Source of the DNA: Candidatus Micrarchaeota archaeon
GTDB taxonomy: Archaea > Micrarchaeota > Micrarchaeia > Norongarragalinales > SBBD01
DNA: 47,451 nt
Direction of reading: 5' to 3'
NCBI GenBank assembly: GCA_038046605.1
Contig: JBBSVW010000089.1
Span: 1 to 47,451 of the forward strand
The position numbers and the translations under genes were made by a program. Below, piece by piece: positions 45,931-47,451 of the stretch (position 1 is the stretch's first letter; each line of letters starts with the position of its first letter). Below the pieces are notes generated by a model that saw nothing but the letters and a program-made list of their open reading frames with translations, searched no databases and had not been told where the DNA came from.

Positions 45931-47031
45931 ATGCGCTTCCTTCCGGTTTCAATTGGGGAAATTGAGGAAAAAATGGGCCGCTCGGTTGCATTTTCGAAAA
46001 AGCAGCTCTTGCGCCTCAATGCATTCCAGAAAACCACCGGCAAGCGCGCTTTGAGCATCCTTTCAAGCAATTTCAATAGCCTCTCAAAATTCATGGGATT
46101 TGAGAAATATTCCGCGGCCGACCAGTTCTTCTTCGATTTTGTGAGCCTCCCCCCGCTGGGCAAGGAATACTGGTTTTTGCATTTCACCGATCCCAATTCC
46201 AAAAAGCAGCTCGTTGTCACTTTTGGGAGGGCGCAATCGCAAATGGACATCAACCGCCTCAAAATAAAGGGGAATGTGGATCTTAAGGGGATGGAATGCG
46301 CAGCGGTAATCTGGCTCTTTGATGGCAAGAAAAAGGTCCTCCTGAATTCCCGCGAATACATAAAATTGGAGAAGGGAAGCGAACAGAATTCCCTTGGCTT
46401 TTCCTCAAAAAGCACAAATTTCGATTTCCATGGGAAGTACCCGTCATATGAAATGGATTTCAAGGGCGGAAAAAACCAGTTTGCGCTAAAAATCACCAAA
46501 TCAAGGAAGGGCAAGCCCTTTGAGATCCTCAACTCCTTTTCCCCGACAATTGGCATGGGCCTTGTCAACCTCTTCTTTGATTTCGAGGGCAAAATGCTTG
46601 GGAAGCCCTTTTCCGGAAAGTGCTATGTGCAAAAGGTGATCTTGACCTCCCCATTCATCCCCTGGAACTGGGGGCGCTTTTATTTCGAGGATGGCGGCAT
46701 CTTCGAATTCTTCGCAGTTTACACGCCAATCCTTCCTGGAAAGCTCAAATTGTTCACCCATGCGCACTATTTTGACTACCACACCAATAAGACGCACAAT
46801 TACCCTGATGTGAACATCGAAAAGACCCCAGATGGCCTCCATTGGCACGTTTTTGGCGATAAGTATTCGCTTTACGCAAAAAGCTACTCCTCCCATCCCT
46901 TCACATTCAAGGGCCATGGTGAATTCAAATACCTTGAATATTTTGCCGAGGCGGTTGATTTGATGGTGAATGGAAAGGTAAGGGGCAAGGGCGCAGGGAT
47001 CCTCGAGGATGCGGTTGGTTTTGTCGTGTAA
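45931..47031 (+). CDS. Hypothetical beta-rich protein, possibly lipocalin/tocopherol-cyclase-like fold
   Basis: KEYWFLHF and PWNWGRF motifs; aromatic-rich beta strands in two halves. Confidence 0.6.
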   Translation: MRFLPVSIGEIEEKMGRSVAFSKKQLLRLNAFQKTTGKRALSILSSNFNSLSKFMGFEKYSAADQFFFDFVSLPPLGKEYWFLHFTDPNSKKQLVVTFGRAQSQMDINRLKIKGNVDLKGMECAAVIWLFDGKKKVLLNSREYIKLEKGSEQNSLGFSSKSTNFDFHGKYPSYEMDFKGGKNQFALKITKSRKGKPFEILNSFSPTIGMGLVNLFFDFEGKMLGKPFSGKCYVQKVILTSPFIPWNWGRFYFEDGGIFEFFAVYTPILPGKLKLFTHAHYFDYHTNKTHNYPDVNIEKTPDGLHWHVFGDKYSLYAKSYSSHPFTFKGHGEFKYLEYFAEAVDLMVNGKVRGKGAGILEDAVGFVV

Positions 47032-47032
47032 G

Positions 47033-47086
47033 ACCCAAGGGGGCACATCCCCCTTAGTTCTCACCCATTGCCCAAACCCCCTATTT
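47033..47086 (+). repeat. Short member of the stop-codon-associated hairpin repeat family
   Basis: ACCCAAGGGGGCACATCCCCCTT hairpin, then TGCCCAAACCCCCTATTT; starts just after the TAA at 47031. Confidence 0.7.
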
Positions 47087-47196
47087 GATTTGCGAATTTT
47101 TGGGCTGCACTTTTTTCGCGTAGCAACTAGCATATTTTTGGCATCTTCCGCCTCCTGCAACAAAAGGGTCCCGTTTTTGTACAAAATTAGATTCCT

Positions 47197-47249
47197 TTTC
47201 TTTTTGTACCGACACTACTTTTTCTTTTCCAAAAGAAAAAGCTGTGTCG
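47197..47249. repeat. Palindromic REP-like element, copy 2
   Basis: CGACAC-TA-CTTTTTCTTTT-CC-AAAAGAAAAAG-CT-GTGTCG hairpin; matches 36787-36885. Confidence 0.9.
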
Positions 47250-47306
47250 TCAGTAGCTACCTTTCTCGTCATCGCATGCGCTCAGGCTGGGACAGTTTCA
47301 TCATGT
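47250..47306 (-). ncRNA. Box C/D 2'-O-methylation guide sRNA
   Basis: Minus strand: C box ATGATGA (47304-47298), 12-nt guide, D' CTGA (47285-47282), C' ATGACGA (47272-47266), 12-nt guide, D CTGA (47253-47250). TATA-like TTATATTTAAA about 25-30 nt upstream. Confidence 0.85.
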
Positions 47307-47451
47307 GTTTACATTTGGGCGGAAAAGGTTTAAATATAATCAAATCATGGCCCAATCATGCAAATCCCCGCTTCATTTTTTATTCAGGCCTTCCTGACCA
47401 ATTTATAAATATTTACAAATGCAAAGGTTGCGGGGTTTTAGTGGGTTATAG

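Noticed and set aside
1-47451. Integrase, transposase, provirus, rRNA or alternative genetic code
   Set aside because: No such motifs seen; conserved genes translate full length with standard stop codons.

Overview
Archaeal chromosomal window, most likely from a DPANN lineage (Micrarchaeota/Iainarchaeota-like; lineage is inference). Archaeal markers include class I LysRS, CarS, ATP-dependent ligase, Lsm, uS15 and eS1, Trm5, TATA-box promoters, a BHB-type tRNA intron and a C/D box sRNA. Housekeeping blocks flank an accessory region at about 15.6-24.1 kb: metG, NDP-sugar synthase, lysS, DUF59 and two ABC exporter systems under a PadR regulator on the left, and trm5, lig, carS with an archaeosortase, minD, trmJ, ribosomal proteins and an antiporter on the right. 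The best candidate for an undescribed system is a six-gene operon at 16388-18670. Four of its small membrane proteins are paralogues sharing a P-rich linker, a TRx(D/E) motif, an amphipathic helix and a two-helix membrane hairpin. The 3' end of its last gene recurs twice downstream as decayed copies, each closing a block of accessory cargo, which suggests a serial insertion hotspot. Other highlights are a bacterial sigma-70-like gene beside tRNA-Ala, a tRNA-Val with a T-loop intron and an unusual G8/G14 core, a palindromic element sitting directly 3' of two different small-RNA genes, a hairpin repeat family following stop codons, a 145-nt structured RNA candidate and an ~90-aa insertion in DNA ligase. 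All assignments come from motif recognition by eye; no database searches were run.
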